From NCBI GenBank assembly GCA_950097015.1, contig CATNEN010000012.1:744001-808000 (forward strand): a stretch of 64,000 nucleotides of DNA, in the 5' to 3' direction. The translations under genes were made by a program, and so were the position numbers. Origin of the DNA: Macrostomum hystrix (taxonomy: Eukaryota; Animalia; Platyhelminthes). Under the pieces are notes generated by a model. That model searched no databases. It was not told the DNA's origin and worked only from the letters and a program-made list of their open reading frames with translations. This document shows positions 11,098 to 24,500 of the stretch, in pieces; the first letter of the stretch is position 1, and every line of letters starts with the position of its first letter.

Positions 11098-11645
11098 GGT
11101 GACCCAGCTGTCACTGTGAGCTGTCCAACAGGTGACCCCAGCTGCCACTGTGAGCTGTCCAACAGGTGACCCCAGCTGTCACTGTGAGCTCCTGTCCAAC
11201 AGGTGACCCCAGCTGCCACTGTGAGCTGTCCAACAGGTGACCCCAGCTGTCACTGTGAGCTCCTGTCCAACAGGTGACCCCAGCTGTCACTGTGAGCTCC
11301 TGTCCAACAGGTGACCCCAGCTGCCACTGTGAGCTGTCCAACAGGTGACCCCAGCTGTCACTGAGCTCCTGTCCAACAGGTGACCCCAGCTGCCACAGTG
11401 AGCTGTCCAACAGTTGACCCCAGCTGCCACAGTGAGCTGTCCATCAGGTGACCCCAGCTGCCACTGTGAGCTCCTGTCCAACAGGTGACCCCAGCTGTCA
11501 CTGTGAGCTCCTGTCCAACAGGTGACCCCAGCTGCCACTGTGAGCTCCTGTCCAACAGGTGACCCAAGCTGTCACTGTGAGCTCCTGTCCAACAGGTGAC
11601 CCAAGTTGTCACTGTGAGCTCCTGTCCAACAGGTGACCTTAGCTG
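11098..11645. repeat. 35/38-bp minisatellite (CCAACAGGTGACCCCAGCTG[T/C]CACTGTGAGCT[CCT]GT)n
   Basis: About 15 copies with a polymorphic CCT indel. Confidence 0.9.
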
Positions 11646-12239
11646 TCACGATCTGGCTGTAATATCGAGTGAAGTAACTTTCTTAGGAGAAAAAATAATC
11701 TTAGGAGAGGTGTCAGGCTTGTTTTCATTGCTTCCTATTTCTTGGCCAGCTAATTTAAAAAAGCCGCTCCTGACTTGAGGCCAGCAACCCTCGCCGACTC
11801 CGCCAGTTGAACTTATTTGAGTCGTCCAACTCTGTCCTGCCTCCCGGTGCTCCCCCCGAGCCCGCTTTCCTTTGAGTGGTCGAGTTTTTCCCTAGCTGAA
11901 TCCCAGCCAGCCTGACAGGCAGGGGTCAGGCAACCGGAAAATGCGCTGCGCCGTAAGTCGCTGTCCGGTCGCATTTCCTAGCCGAACTGTCAGGCGGGAT
12001 TGCTATCCGACTTGCAATCTCGGCCTGCGCTGTCGGTTTTAATTTCATTGTACACAAAATTGATAGCAACAGCCTCGACTCTGTCCCTGCGAGCACTCGT
12101 TGCGATTCATCAGTGAACTAACATTAATTGATTATGATTCCAGAAAAAAAGCAACATCACTTCTTTAGTCGAATTTCGTCCTGCAACACAAACTAGTAAT
12201 AAATTGACTCTAGTCTCTAGTCCCACTACGATTGTTGCA

Positions 12240-12420
12240 TTACAATGACCAATAGACCAATGTCATGCAGAACAGTTCAAGGAATAAAGCCAGTCGCCCT
12301 GTCCGCTATCTTTTTCTCTGTGATTCATTCTCCCACACTATAGGGATTCTGGCTGCCATTGGCTGCCGCTCCTACTGCGGGCCGTCCCACATCTCTCACG
12401 GAAGGCTCAGCGGCCTTCAT
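12240..12420 (+). promoter_or_regulatory. Possible proximal promoter region of VGLUT (CCAAT cluster)
   Basis: GACCAATAGACCAATG at ~12247 and CCATTGGCTG at ~12355, upstream of the acceptor (12523) that precedes the first coding exon. Motif-level evidence only. Confidence 0.25.
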
Positions 12421-12547
12421 CTGCCGGGACTGAATCGGCTGGCTCTATCTCTCTCTCGTCTGCTCCACCTCGTGTGCTTTCAAATCACAGACAGTCAAAC
12501 AAAAATCTGTTTTTTTACTGTAGCTCTAGCAGAGCACTGACTGAAGC

Positions 12548-15500
12548 ATGCAGGGACTGAAGAACCAGGTGCTGGAGCCTGGCTGGCAGGACCAAGCCAA
12601 GAGTTCGCTGGCTGCGCTGCGCAGGTAAATTCATCTTAGTTGCTGGTTCGCCGCCTGGTACATCAAACTGATTCCAGTTAACTATTATCAAAGCAGCGTA
12701 AATGAACTAGCAAGATTGCCCATTGTTTCTGAATCATTTTCAGTTTTCTTCCTGCATCGCAAAAATAGTATATCGGAGTAGCCAAAATGCTCCCCTTTTT
12801 TTCTTAACTTTCTCATATCTCATATACAGCTCTCGTATTAGGCAACATTAAAAATTCTCAATTGCATTCGTAATGGTACCTGCCTTTGCCATTGCTAGCC
12901 GCTTCCTTTTTAATTTGATAGGTAATCCCGAAAAATCGATTTATTTTCCATCAGAATAATAAGTCTGAGCTTAGGACAAAGGTAAATGATTGCTACGCCC
13001 ACCAGTACAGGTTCTATACGAATGCTGCAATGGCTAGAAACTGGGAAAAAAAACAATAAAATATTCTATTCGCGAGGGCACAATAAATAGGAAAAAAACT
13101 GCTAACTAAAGCCTGCAGCACTTTGGCTATTGTTTGGATTAGAAAAAAAGTGAAATCCATTTTTGCTTTTGTTTGAATGAAATCTCAGCAAGGGAGCAGG
13201 GAGCTCCTATGCTGAATGAGCAAAAGTCTTTTACATTGAGCGCGGCTTTCCGCCAGAAAAAGAATATCTCAATAAGCGACTTTGACGATTGCAATTTAAA
13301 ACTTTTATTCCACATTTTGGTCTACAGTATAGCTTCTATTCTACTGTATTATTGTGTCGGAGCTAGGTTTCCCCTTAATTATATATACAAGAGAAACTAT
13401 TTTCAGGATCATTTATTCATCTCTTTTCACTAGAAAACAAAAACAATATAAAAGTACTCCACACTAAGCCTGAATGAACCTAATGCGATAGGCATTGAAC
13501 TTCGTGTCGAAATGAGCCTGTAAGAATGCGAAGAAGGGCAAACAATGACCCGAGCATGGGCTGTTAATGGACGGTAACTATGACCGCAGTACGCTCCCCT
13601 TCGGAGACTTTGAGAGGCCTTCTGATCACTAGCCTCATTGATAGTTGACTAACATGGCTCACGGGAGGTCCGAACAAGCATGCGCGGAAAAACAAGCCAA
13701 ATGTTTTCAATGGGGAATTAGGATGGCTAAAACTCTGAAACAAAAGCAAACTAGCCCAGGAGACAACGGCATATCCGCAGAGTTACTAAAATCGGCCAGC
13801 CAACTCCCTGTCAGTCGAATGGCGGGCTTATCAGTCCCCTGGGGCGGGGCGGAGAGCTACACAGGCCAGACGACTAGTGGGATCTCCGGGATCTCCTGCG
13901 TAGCCTCGGTGCGCGCCTCCGCGCGTTTTTTTCTATATTCAATGCGACGGCCAGGGCCTGATCAGATGATACAGAAACAGGGACAAGCGTGTCGAACTTT
14001 TCCTAGGAAAATAATTTCAAAAGTGACAGGAGCTAGCAGGGCCAGGAGCACGCTTTTCTATCCCAGACTAGCTCTCTATTGACTACCGCCACTGCAGCTG
14101 TCTATGAATATTGAAAAATGCATTCAGTACATACATAAACCCGCCCCGGTGAAAGAGTTGGCCCGAATAGATTGAGTTTATTTAATGCAAATTCGAGGTG
14201 CCGAAAAAACAAAAGCCCGGGGAGAGACTGATAGAGAAGATATGGCAGAAACGCGAGAGTCAGGGAGACAGATGGCGTCTGTGCTGGGCTTTGACCAGCC
14301 ATAAACAATGAGGCCAAGTTGGCTGCTCCGCTAATTACATTTCGGTACCCTCCGCCTCTGGCAGTCACGGCATACCGGCTGATTGCTCCGGGCTCATTTC
14401 TAGTCTCTGAATCCCTACCTCCCTCCCCACCCCCGCCTAAAACTGCTTTCCACCGATTTAGTCAAACAAAGCAGCTTCACCTGAAATCGGAGCTGAATGC
14501 TGAATCAGGCGATGGTCCACCCAGGTAGATTTTTAGATTCGCCTATGAATAGGCGTTGATTTTTCGACCTAAATTAGGAAAGCAAAATTCTGTGAATAAC
14601 TCATTTTAATTATAGGAAACTGCTACTAAAAGTATATTAGATTATAATAGAATAAGGAGAGTATGATCGGGAGAGTAGGGTTGGGAGAGCAGGATTGGGA
14701 GAGTGGGATTGGGAGAGTGGGATTGGGAGAGAAGGATTGGGACAGTGGGATTGGGAGAGTGGGATTGGGAGAGAAGAGTGTGATTGGGAGAGTGGGATTG
14801 GGAGAGTGGGATTGGGAGAGTGTGATTGGGAGAGTGTGATTGGGAGAGTGGGATTGGGAGAGTGGGATTGGGAGAGTGGGATTGGGAGAGTGGGATTGGG
14901 AGAGTAGGATTGGGAGAGTGTGATTGGGAGAGCAGGATTGGGAGAGTGTGATTGGGAGAGCAGGATTGGGAGAGTGTGATTGGGAGAGCAGGATTGGGAG
15001 AGTGTGATTGGGAGAGCAGGATTGGGAGAGTGGGATTGGGAGAGTGTGATTGGGAGAGCAGGATTGGGAGAGTGTGATTGGGAGAGCAGGATTGGGAGAG
15101 TGTGATTGGGAGAGCAGGATTGGGAGAGTGTGATTGGGAGAGCAGGATTGGGAGAGTGTGATTGGGAGAGCAGGATTGGGAGAGTGTGATTGGGAGAGCA
15201 GGATTGGGAGAGTGTGATTGGGAGAGCAGGATTGGGAGAGCAGGATTGGGAGAACAGGATTTCGGAGAGCAGGATTTAGAGAGCAGGATTGGGAGAGTGG
15301 GATTGGGAGAGCAGGATTTCGGAGAGCAGGATTGGGAGAATGGGATTGGGAGAGTGGGATTGGGAGAGTGGGATTTGGGAGAGCAGGATTGGGAGAGCAG
15401 AATTTGGGAGACCAGGATTAGGAGAGTAGAATTGGGAACGTGGGATTGGGAGAGCAGGATTGGGAGAGCAGGATTGGGAGAGTGGGATTGGGAGAGTGTG

Positions 15501-18500
15501 ATTGGGAGAGTGGGATTTGGGAGAGCAGGATTGGGAGAGCAGAATTTGGGAGAGCAGGATTGGGAGAGCAGGATTAGGAGAGTAGAATTGGGAGAGTGGG
15601 ATTGGGACAGTGGGATTGGGAGAGTGGGATTGGGAGAGTGGGATTGGGAGAGTGGGATTGGGAGAGTGGGATTTGGGAGAGCAGGATTGGGAGAGCAGGA
15701 TTAGGAGAGCAGGATTGGGAGAACAGAATAGGGAGAGTAGGATTGGGAAAGTGAGATTGGGAGAGTGGGATTGGGAGAGTGGGATTGGGAGAGCAGGATT
15801 GGGAGAGCAGGATTGGGAGAACAGAATAGGGAGAGTAGGATTGGGAAAGTGAGATTGGGAGAGTGGGATTGGGAGAGCAGGATTGGGAGAGCAGGATTGG
15901 GAGAGCAGGATTGGGAGAGCAGGATTATGAATCTAGTATCTATCATTTCCACAATGATACTGGAGTTTTGAATTTCATAGTGTGGAGTGTGGAAATTCAC
16001 TCGCATATTCAGACTGGCTGAGCAGTCATGGGTCATGGGTTCGTGCTTTGCCCCAGCTAAAGGTGCGAGCATCCGCATTCGATGCTGAGCTGTTTCTGAG
16101 CTGTTTCTGAGCTGTTTCTGAGCTGTTTCTGAGCTGTTTCTGAGCTGTTTCTGAGCTGTTTCTGAGCTGTTTCTGAGCACAAGCTGGCTTGTGCTTCGTC
16201 AGTCGCGAGGCAAGGATCTTCAGTGCTATAATCCGGTGGTCAGTGCTGAGTTGCGGCTCAGATTGCGGCGGACTTTTTTGAGCAGTTTTCATTAGGCCTG
16301 AATTCTCGGCCCATTTTTTATGACTTACTAGACTGCCTCCAGCGGCTATTGTGCAAACGTGCACCAGCTCATGGATAAACCGTATTTTATGGCCGCTAAT
16401 AAGAATTCTGCTCAAGATTTGAGATCAAGAGACTCACTTCACTTGAATTCAACCTCTGCCTGCGTCCTTCCTGTGATTCTGAATCCCCAACCCTACACCC
16501 CGCATCCCTGACCCTACACCCTGCATCCCCAACCCTATACCCTGCATCCTTAACCCTGCACTCTGCATCCCTGACCTTACATCTTGCAACTTGCACCCTA
16601 CAACCTGCATCCCAACCCTACACCCTGTACCCTAATCCTACAACCTGCATTCCTAACCCTACATCTTGCACCCTAACCCTACACCCTGCATCCCTAACCC
16701 TACACCCTGCACCCTAACCCTACACCCTGCATCCCTGACCCTACATCTTGCACCCTAACCCTACACCCTGCATCCCTGACCCTACACCCTGCGTCCCTAC
16801 CCTACATCTTGCACCCTAACCCTACACCCTGCATCCCTGACCCTACACCCTGCATCCCTGACCCTACACCCTGCGTCCCTACCCTACATCATATCGCGCC
16901 TCTCTCTATGCAGAAATCGAAGTGAATTCAATTCTCGAACGTCATGTACTCCAAATTACATGTGTCCCCTCATAATGCTGCTCAATTGGATTTACAGAAC
17001 AGGATGAAATGGGCAACTGTTTTGAGTCTTGAGTTGGAACAGTTTGGGGTGCTGTGTGCCTTGAAGAGACTCAGAAACAAGCGTAGGCGGTGAGGCTACT
17101 CAGCCCCTGAGCCTCCGAATGTCTGTCAGCACTCTTGAGCAGCTCAGACTCAGGTTGGGGTGGGAGGGAGCGGGTCTGCCGGGTGAAACTTTGAAAGCTG
17201 TCGGATTCAGCCACCCCACACCCCCGGTCCGGGACAAAGCTGAGAGCCGGGGGGGAGCAGGCTGAGACCTTGGCGCGGCTTAACTCCCCGCCGTCAGCTT
17301 CCTTCGCATCCCGACGCGGTCGGATTTGGGCGCGAGGCAATCCGGCTTTTTTCACTGGGAATTGGGGAATAAAAGGGAAGGAGGGAGGTAGGCCGGGTGG
17401 GTGGCAAAGGCTGAATGAAGAATGGCTCAGCGTATTTGTGAGGGGGGTGGTGAGATCAGGCCGTAGCCTAGACCATAATTCTATTGCAATATTATTGCAC
17501 ACACGCAAACAGACGAGCTGAGACCACAGCCTCCACCCCCGCCCAAAGCCGGACTCAGGCCCGGGTCCCCTTTCAATCCGTTAATGGATTGGGGATGGCT
17601 TTTGGGCTGTTCGGAACTCTGGCTTCGGAGCTGGCTTTGGGCGATGGCGCAGTTGCGGATTCTGCCAGCTTAGGCACGGCTGGCTGCATTTTTTTCACCT
17701 AAACTTTTCCGCTGACAATCAGTCCTCAGTAGCTGACTGATGCGCAGTTTGATCTGGTTGGAGTGACAATCTCATTCGGGTGGAGTGACATTCTGATTTG
17801 GGTGGAGTGACATTCTGATTTGGGTGGAGTGACATTCTGATTTGGGTGGAGTGACATTCTGATTTGGGTGGAGTGACATTCTGATTTGGGTAGAGTGACA
17901 TTCTGAGTGAAATGCTTATGAGGATGGAGTGAAATGCTGATGGGGAGTGAAATGCTGATGGGGAGTGAAATGCTGATGAGGAGTGAAATGCTGATGAGGA
18001 GTGAAATGCTGAAGAGGAGTGAAATGCTGAGGAGGAGTGAAATGCGGATGAGGAGTGAAATTCTGATGAGGAGTGAAATGCTGATGAGGACTGAAATGCT
18101 GATGAGGAGTGAAATGCTGATGAGGACTGAAATGCTGATGAGGACTGAAATGCTGATGAGGAGTGAAATGCGGATGAGGAGTGAAATTCTGATGAGGAGT
18201 GAAATGCTGATGAGGAGTGAAATTCTGATGAGGAGTGAAATGCTGATGAGGACTGAAATGCTGATGAGGACTGAAATGCTGATGAGGAGTGAAATGCTGA
18301 TGAGGAGTGAAATGCTGAGGAGGACTGAAATGCTGATGAGGAGTGAAATGCTGATGAGGACGGAGTGAAATGCTTCGGAGGAGTGAAATGCTGATGAGGA
18401 CTGAAATGCTGATGAGGACTGAAATGCTGATGAGGACTGAAATGCTGATGAGGACTGAAATGCGGATGAGGAGTGAAATTCTGATGAGGAGTGAAATGCT

Positions 18501-21500
18501 GATGAGGAGTGAAATGCTGATGAGGAGTGAAATGCTGATGAGGACTGAAATGCTGATGAGGACTGAAATGCTGATGAGGAGTGAAATGCTGAGGAGGAGT
18601 GAAATGCTGATGAGGAGTGAAATGCTGATGAGGACTGAAATGCTGATGAGGAGTGAAATGCTGATGAGGACTGAAATGCTGATGAGGAGTGAAATGCTGA
18701 GGAGGACTGAAATGCTGATGAGGAGTGAAATGCTGATGAGGACTGAAATGCTGATGAGGACTGAAATGCTGATGAGGAGTGAAATGCTGAGGAGGACTGA
18801 AATGCTGATGAGGAGTGAAATGCTGATGAGGATGGAGTGAAATGCTTCGGAGGAGTGAAATGCTGATGAGGACTGAAATGCTGATGAGGACTGAAATGCG
18901 GATGAGGAGTGAAATTCTGATGAGGAGTGAAATGCTGATGAGGAGTGAAATGCTGATGAGGACTGAAATGCTGATGAGGAGTGAAATGCTGATGAGGAGT
19001 GAAATGCTGAGGAGGAGTGAAATGCTGATGAGGACTGAAATGCTGATGAGGAGTGAAATGCTGATGAGGAGTGAAATGCTGAGGAGGACTGAAATGCTGA
19101 TGAGGACTGAAATGCTGATGAGGACTGAAATGCTGATGAGGACTGAAATGCTGATGAGGATGGAGTGAAATGCTTCGGAGGAGTGAAATGCTGATGAGGA
19201 CTGAAATGCTGATGAGGAGTGAAATGCTGAGGAGGAGTGAAATGCTGATGAGGAGTGAAATGCTGATGAGGACTGAAATGCTGATGAGGAGTGAAATGCT
19301 GATGAGGAGTGAAATGCTGAGGAGGAGTGAAATGCTGATGAGGACTGAAATGCTGATGAGGACTGAAATGCTGATGAGGAGTGAAATGCTGATGAGGAGT
19401 GAAATGCTGAGGAGGAGTGAAATGCTGATGAGGACTGAAATGCTGATGAGGAGTGAAATGCTGATGAGGAGTGAAATGCTGAGGAGGAGTGAAATGCTGA
19501 TGAGGAGTGAAATGCTGATGAGGAGTGAAATGCTGAGGAGGAGTGAAATGCTGATGAGGAGTGAAATGCGGATGAGGAGTGAAATGCTGATGAGGAGTGA
19601 AATGCTGAAGAGGAGTGAAATGCTGATGAGGATGGAGTGAAATGCTTCGGAGGAGTGAAATGCTGATGAGGACTGAAATGCTGATGAGGACTGAAATGCG
19701 GATGAGGAGTGAAATTCTGATGAGGAGTGAAATGCTGATGAGGAGTGAAATGCTGATGAGGACTGAAATGCTGATGAGGAGTGAAATGCTGATGAGGAGT
19801 GAAATGCTGAGGAGGAGTGAAATGCTGATGAGGACTGAAATGCTGATGAGGAGTGAAATGCTGATGAGGAGTGAAATGCTTCGGAGGAGTGAAATGCTGA
19901 TGAGGACTGAAATGCTGATGAGGACTGAAATGCTGATGAGGAGTGAAATGCTGATGAGGATGGAGTGAAATGCTTCGGAGGAGTGAAATGCTGATGAGGA
20001 CTGAAATGCTGATGAGGAGTGAAATGCTGAGGAGGAGTGAAATGCTGATGAGGAGTGAAATGCTGATGAGGACTGAAATGCTGATGAGGAGTGAAATGCT
20101 GATGAGGAGTGAAATGCTGAGGAGGAGTGAAATGCTGATGAGGACTGAAATGCTGATGAGGACTGAAATGCTGATGAGGAGTGAAATGCTGAGGAGGAGT
20201 GAAATGCTGATGAGGAGTGAAATGCTGATGAGGAGTGAAATGCTGAGGAGGAGTGAAATGCTGATGAGGACTGAAATGCTGATGAGGAGTGAAATGCTGA
20301 TGAGGAGTGAAATGCTGAGGAGGAGTGAAATGCTGATGAGGAGTGAAATGCTGATGAGGAGTGAAATGCTGAAGAGGAGTGAAATGCTGATGAGGAGTGA
20401 AATGCTGATGAGGATGGAGTGAAATGCTTCGGAGGAGTGAAATGCTGATGAGGACTGAAATGCTGATGAGGACTGAAATGCTGATGAGGAGTGAAATGCT
20501 GATGAGGAGTGAAATGCTGATGAGGAGTGAAATGCTGAAGAGGAGTGAAATGCTGATGAGGAGTGAAATGCTGATGAGGAGTGAAATGCTGATGAGGAGT
20601 GAAATGCTGATTAGTGGAATCGACCCCTAGAGCCGCACAGCTTCTTACAGCCCCCGGTAGCACCAACTGTGCCAGCCTATCAGCTGCAGTGGTTAGTCCT
20701 AGCATGGAATTCAATTACGACAACAGAGGCACAAGTGCTGGCTCTGAGCGGAGTCAGCCTCTTCATTCGGTCTCCATCTAGTATCTCTGCTATTAAAAAA
20801 CAGGGGGCACATTGTTTGCCCAGCCCTCCCTCCCCCCGTCGGCGGGCGGTTTTGTCCAGCGGAAATTGACTCCGCGCCACTATATGGTCCCAACACTGCT
20901 CACAGAGCACACACTCGTCAGGCTGGCTGAGTATGGCTGATGAATCTCAGCATAAGAGAACTTGGTCAGCGGAAATTGCGCCGAGAGTCGCTGCCTAGGC
21001 TTGCTCTCTGGCTGCGTGGTGCGGGGGCTGCTTGAAAACTTCAATCGACAGGAGGACGATCGAGATATTGAAAAAAAAGAAGTTAGATCTCGGAGAGGGG
21101 GCCGTCTGATATGCTCAGTCGCATCTCATTACAGTCTCATCTCTGTAGCAGTCTATCAGTTTCCAATCTTTTAACTTTTTACCCAACCGTTTCTTTTGCT
21201 GGCTGGTTAGCTCGGGGCAGAGTTAGAGACAGGACGGACCCGAGACATTGGCATAATAGAGCCATTTTGGGCTCCCCAGCGAGATACTATCGATTTTTTA
21301 ATAGTATGTATGATACTGCACTCACCTGGGATGAAATGCAGTGTGCAGCCATGACGGTATCGATGAAACGGACTCGCAGATGGTTTGAAATCGATCTGGC
21401 CATTCGAGCTGTCAGCTCAATCAATTCATGCCTTAAGTAACCTTGATGTAGCTGCCACATCGACTGTGATATTCTGGTTGCTATGCGGACGTAGTTTTGA

Positions 21501-24500
21501 TGCGGCCGCTGCGTCAACTGGGATACTCTGGTTGCTATGCGGATGTAGCTTTGATGCGGCCGCTGCGTCAACTGGGATACTCTGGTTGCTATGCGGATGT
21601 AGCTTTGATGCGGCCGCTGCGTCAACTGGGATACTCTGGTTGCTATGCGGATGTAGCTTTGATGCGGCCGCTGCGTCAACTGGGATACTCTGGTTGCTAT
21701 GCGGATGTAGCTTTAAAAACTAAACCCACCATCCCGCAGCAAACTCGTCAAGGGCAATGAAACTGACGAGTACGGCAACTACAATGAGCTGGACGACGCG
21801 GACGACGGTAGCGGCGGGATAAAGAAGGCCGCCGGAACCTACTACACTGGCCTGTGCAGCGGCATGTGCAACCGCTGCCCCTGCGCCCGCTGTTCGAAGC
21901 GCTACGTCACCTCTTTGCTGTGCAGCCTGGGGTTCATGATCAGCTTTGGCATCAGGTGCGACGTCTTGTTTTCCTATTTTTGACACTCAAACTAACATGT
22001 AAGCAAGAAGACCTTGCTTTCCTTCTGTGCAGGTGCAACGCAGGTGTTGCCACTGGCTATTTTCGCAGCCTATACAACGAATCCGATTTGGCAACGCATC
22101 CTGTATCCATGGGACCCTACCAGGACCACTTCCTCAAGTACAAGTTCGTCAATGTTACCCGACATGTTGTGAGTTTAAAAAATGATTTCATCATGCCTTA
22201 AACGATCAAAAACGATTCAAGCTTTGGCTTTTAAAAGCCGAGGGTTAACAGTTTAAAGACAACGGGGGGCATTTCAAATACCAACATTTTCAGTTTTTTT
22301 CTGTATCTCCCAAGCAAATATTCAACCAATCGTCATGAAAATCCAGAACACGGGCTAAAATTTTCCGCTCTATCTGATGAAACTACTTTCAGAATCATAA
22401 AGCATCGGCGTCATCGAGATATTCAACGATTCTCGACGGGGTGTCTGGTGGCAAAAACCACCAATATTGGCATAGTTCTTCTGCTTACTGCTTATAATCG
22501 ATATCTGAACCATATATTGAATATACTGTTGATTATTATACTATTGAACCAATATGGGCTCGCCATGGAGGTTTATACACAGAAATGTTAGTTGCCCTTG
22601 TCACCAGGGTCTTCGACAAGAATCACTGAAATTCTCGTTTATTGCCACTCTGCGGATTGCAGTTTAATGACGTCAAAATGAATAAAATGCTAAAAAGAGA
22701 TTTTGACGTCATGGCTCGGAGAGCTAAAATTAGACTGTTGCGTCACACTTGAACTTATATAAATAGTAATATCTCTACAAAACTTACTCCCAAAGGAGAA
22801 GGAGCTGCAGTGGTCGCCTACTGTTGTCGGTGCCGTCGAGAGCTCATTCTTTTGGGGCTACCTGGTCACCCAGATACCCGGCGGAGTGATTGCCAACAAA
22901 TTCCCGGCCACTAAGATCTTCGGTTTGGCTATCTTCGCCTCATCCTTTCTGAACTTGTTCCTGCCGACCGCCTGCCACGTCAGCTTCGTGCTCGTCATCT
23001 TCATCCGCGTGCTGCAAGGCCTGGTGGAGGTGAGCATTAACCGGTAACTAGCTGCCAATCCAGCCTTGTAGCCTGGTCTGAGATTCTTACTCCCAACCAG
23101 TCGGTCTGAAGTCACATGGTTCTAGCCACCAGGCTACAAGCTCCCCTCTATTCTATCCCCGCCTAATCTTATACGTAATAATAATAATAATACTTACAGC
23201 AATTCTGCCCATTTCGCTTACTCTTGAGCACACGCGTACACAGATACCGTACGCAGGCGCACACTCACACAGGTGTGTACATCTGCCCTGACTTTCTCAC
23301 TGTGCCTTGGAGGTTGGCACTCAAGGACGTAAATTGCACGACAAGCCCCCAAGCCTTCTCTCTGCGCCCCAAAGGAATGCGGTCTCGCAGCGGAATCGCA
23401 GCCCACTCGTCCCCAATGCTAGTATGTTATGGAGCCAGACTAGCAATCCAGCCCACTCCGTACTCAGGGCTGCACCTATCCGGCCTGTCACGGTATCTGG
23501 CGCTACTGGGCCCCGCCATTGGAGCGCTCGCGTCTGGCCACCCTGGCCTTCTGCGGCTCCTACGCCGGCGCCGTGCTCGGCCTATTCTTGTCCGGCCTGC
23601 TGTCCGACTGGCTCGGCTGGCCGGCCCCGTTCTACTTCTATGGTAATAACTGGCAGGCGCGTGGCCTTAGTAGAAGAGTCTAGATTCTAGCAAACTAAAC
23701 TAATCTAATCCAATCTAAAACTCACCAAGGCGTAGTTGGCATTCTCTGGTTCTCTGTCTGGTGGTTCAACGCCTACGAACGGCCGGCCCTGCATCCTGGC
23801 ATCACTGAGGAGGAGCGCGTGTATATCGAGAGCTCAATTGGAGAACACACCGGCGCCTTGAGCAAGGTTGCAGGGGTGTGGGGTTGCTGATAGGAATAAG
23901 TATGGGGTTGTTGCTAAGTGGATTAGGGTGCGGGGTGGGTGCTGATAGGATTAGGGTGTGGGGTGGGTGATGAGAGGATTAGGGTGAGTGGTGGGTGCTG
24001 AGAGGATTAGGGTGCGGGGTGGGTGCTGATAGGATTGGGGTGCGGGGTGGGTGCTGATAGGATTAGGGTGCGGGGTGGGTGCTGATAGGATTAGGGTGCG
24101 GGGTGGTTGCAGGGATGATTAGGGGGGATGGCAGAGAGGTTTAGGGTACAAAGTATAAATAGTTGCCGTGGATCCATGTTCCAATATATCGTGTAGTATG
24201 AGAGCGTGTAGTATGAATCCCGGTCTTTCTTATTAATGAGAAGCAAGCTCGTTTAATGCGAATAACACATCACACTTCAGGATATGAAAATTCCATGGCG
24301 CAGCTTCTTTACTTCGATGCCTGTGTACGCCATCATTGTGGCCAACTTTGCGCGCAGCTGGTCCTTCTATCTATTGATCACTGAGCAGACAAAGTACTTC
24401 CGAGATGTGTTCAAGTACGACATGACTAAGGTAGGATTTCCGCACTGCGCTAGCTGAATGACGTCATATTTTTTGGCACTCTGGATGAGGTTGCCTGGGT

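Noticed and set aside
17916-20714. 932-aa ORF on the - strand ([18 protein letters not shown] repeats)
   Set aside because: The reverse complement of the 18-bp unit has no stop codon in any frame, so a long ORF is expected by chance. It lies antisense in a VGLUT intron and has no domain or splice context.
22796-22850. Glu in place of the His of vertebrate VGLUT TM2 (VESSFFWGY) as a novelty
   Set aside because: As recalled, an acidic residue at this position is usual in invertebrate VGLUTs. The other key residues (R in FGIRCN, R and E in RVLQGLVE, R in ARSW) are conserved.
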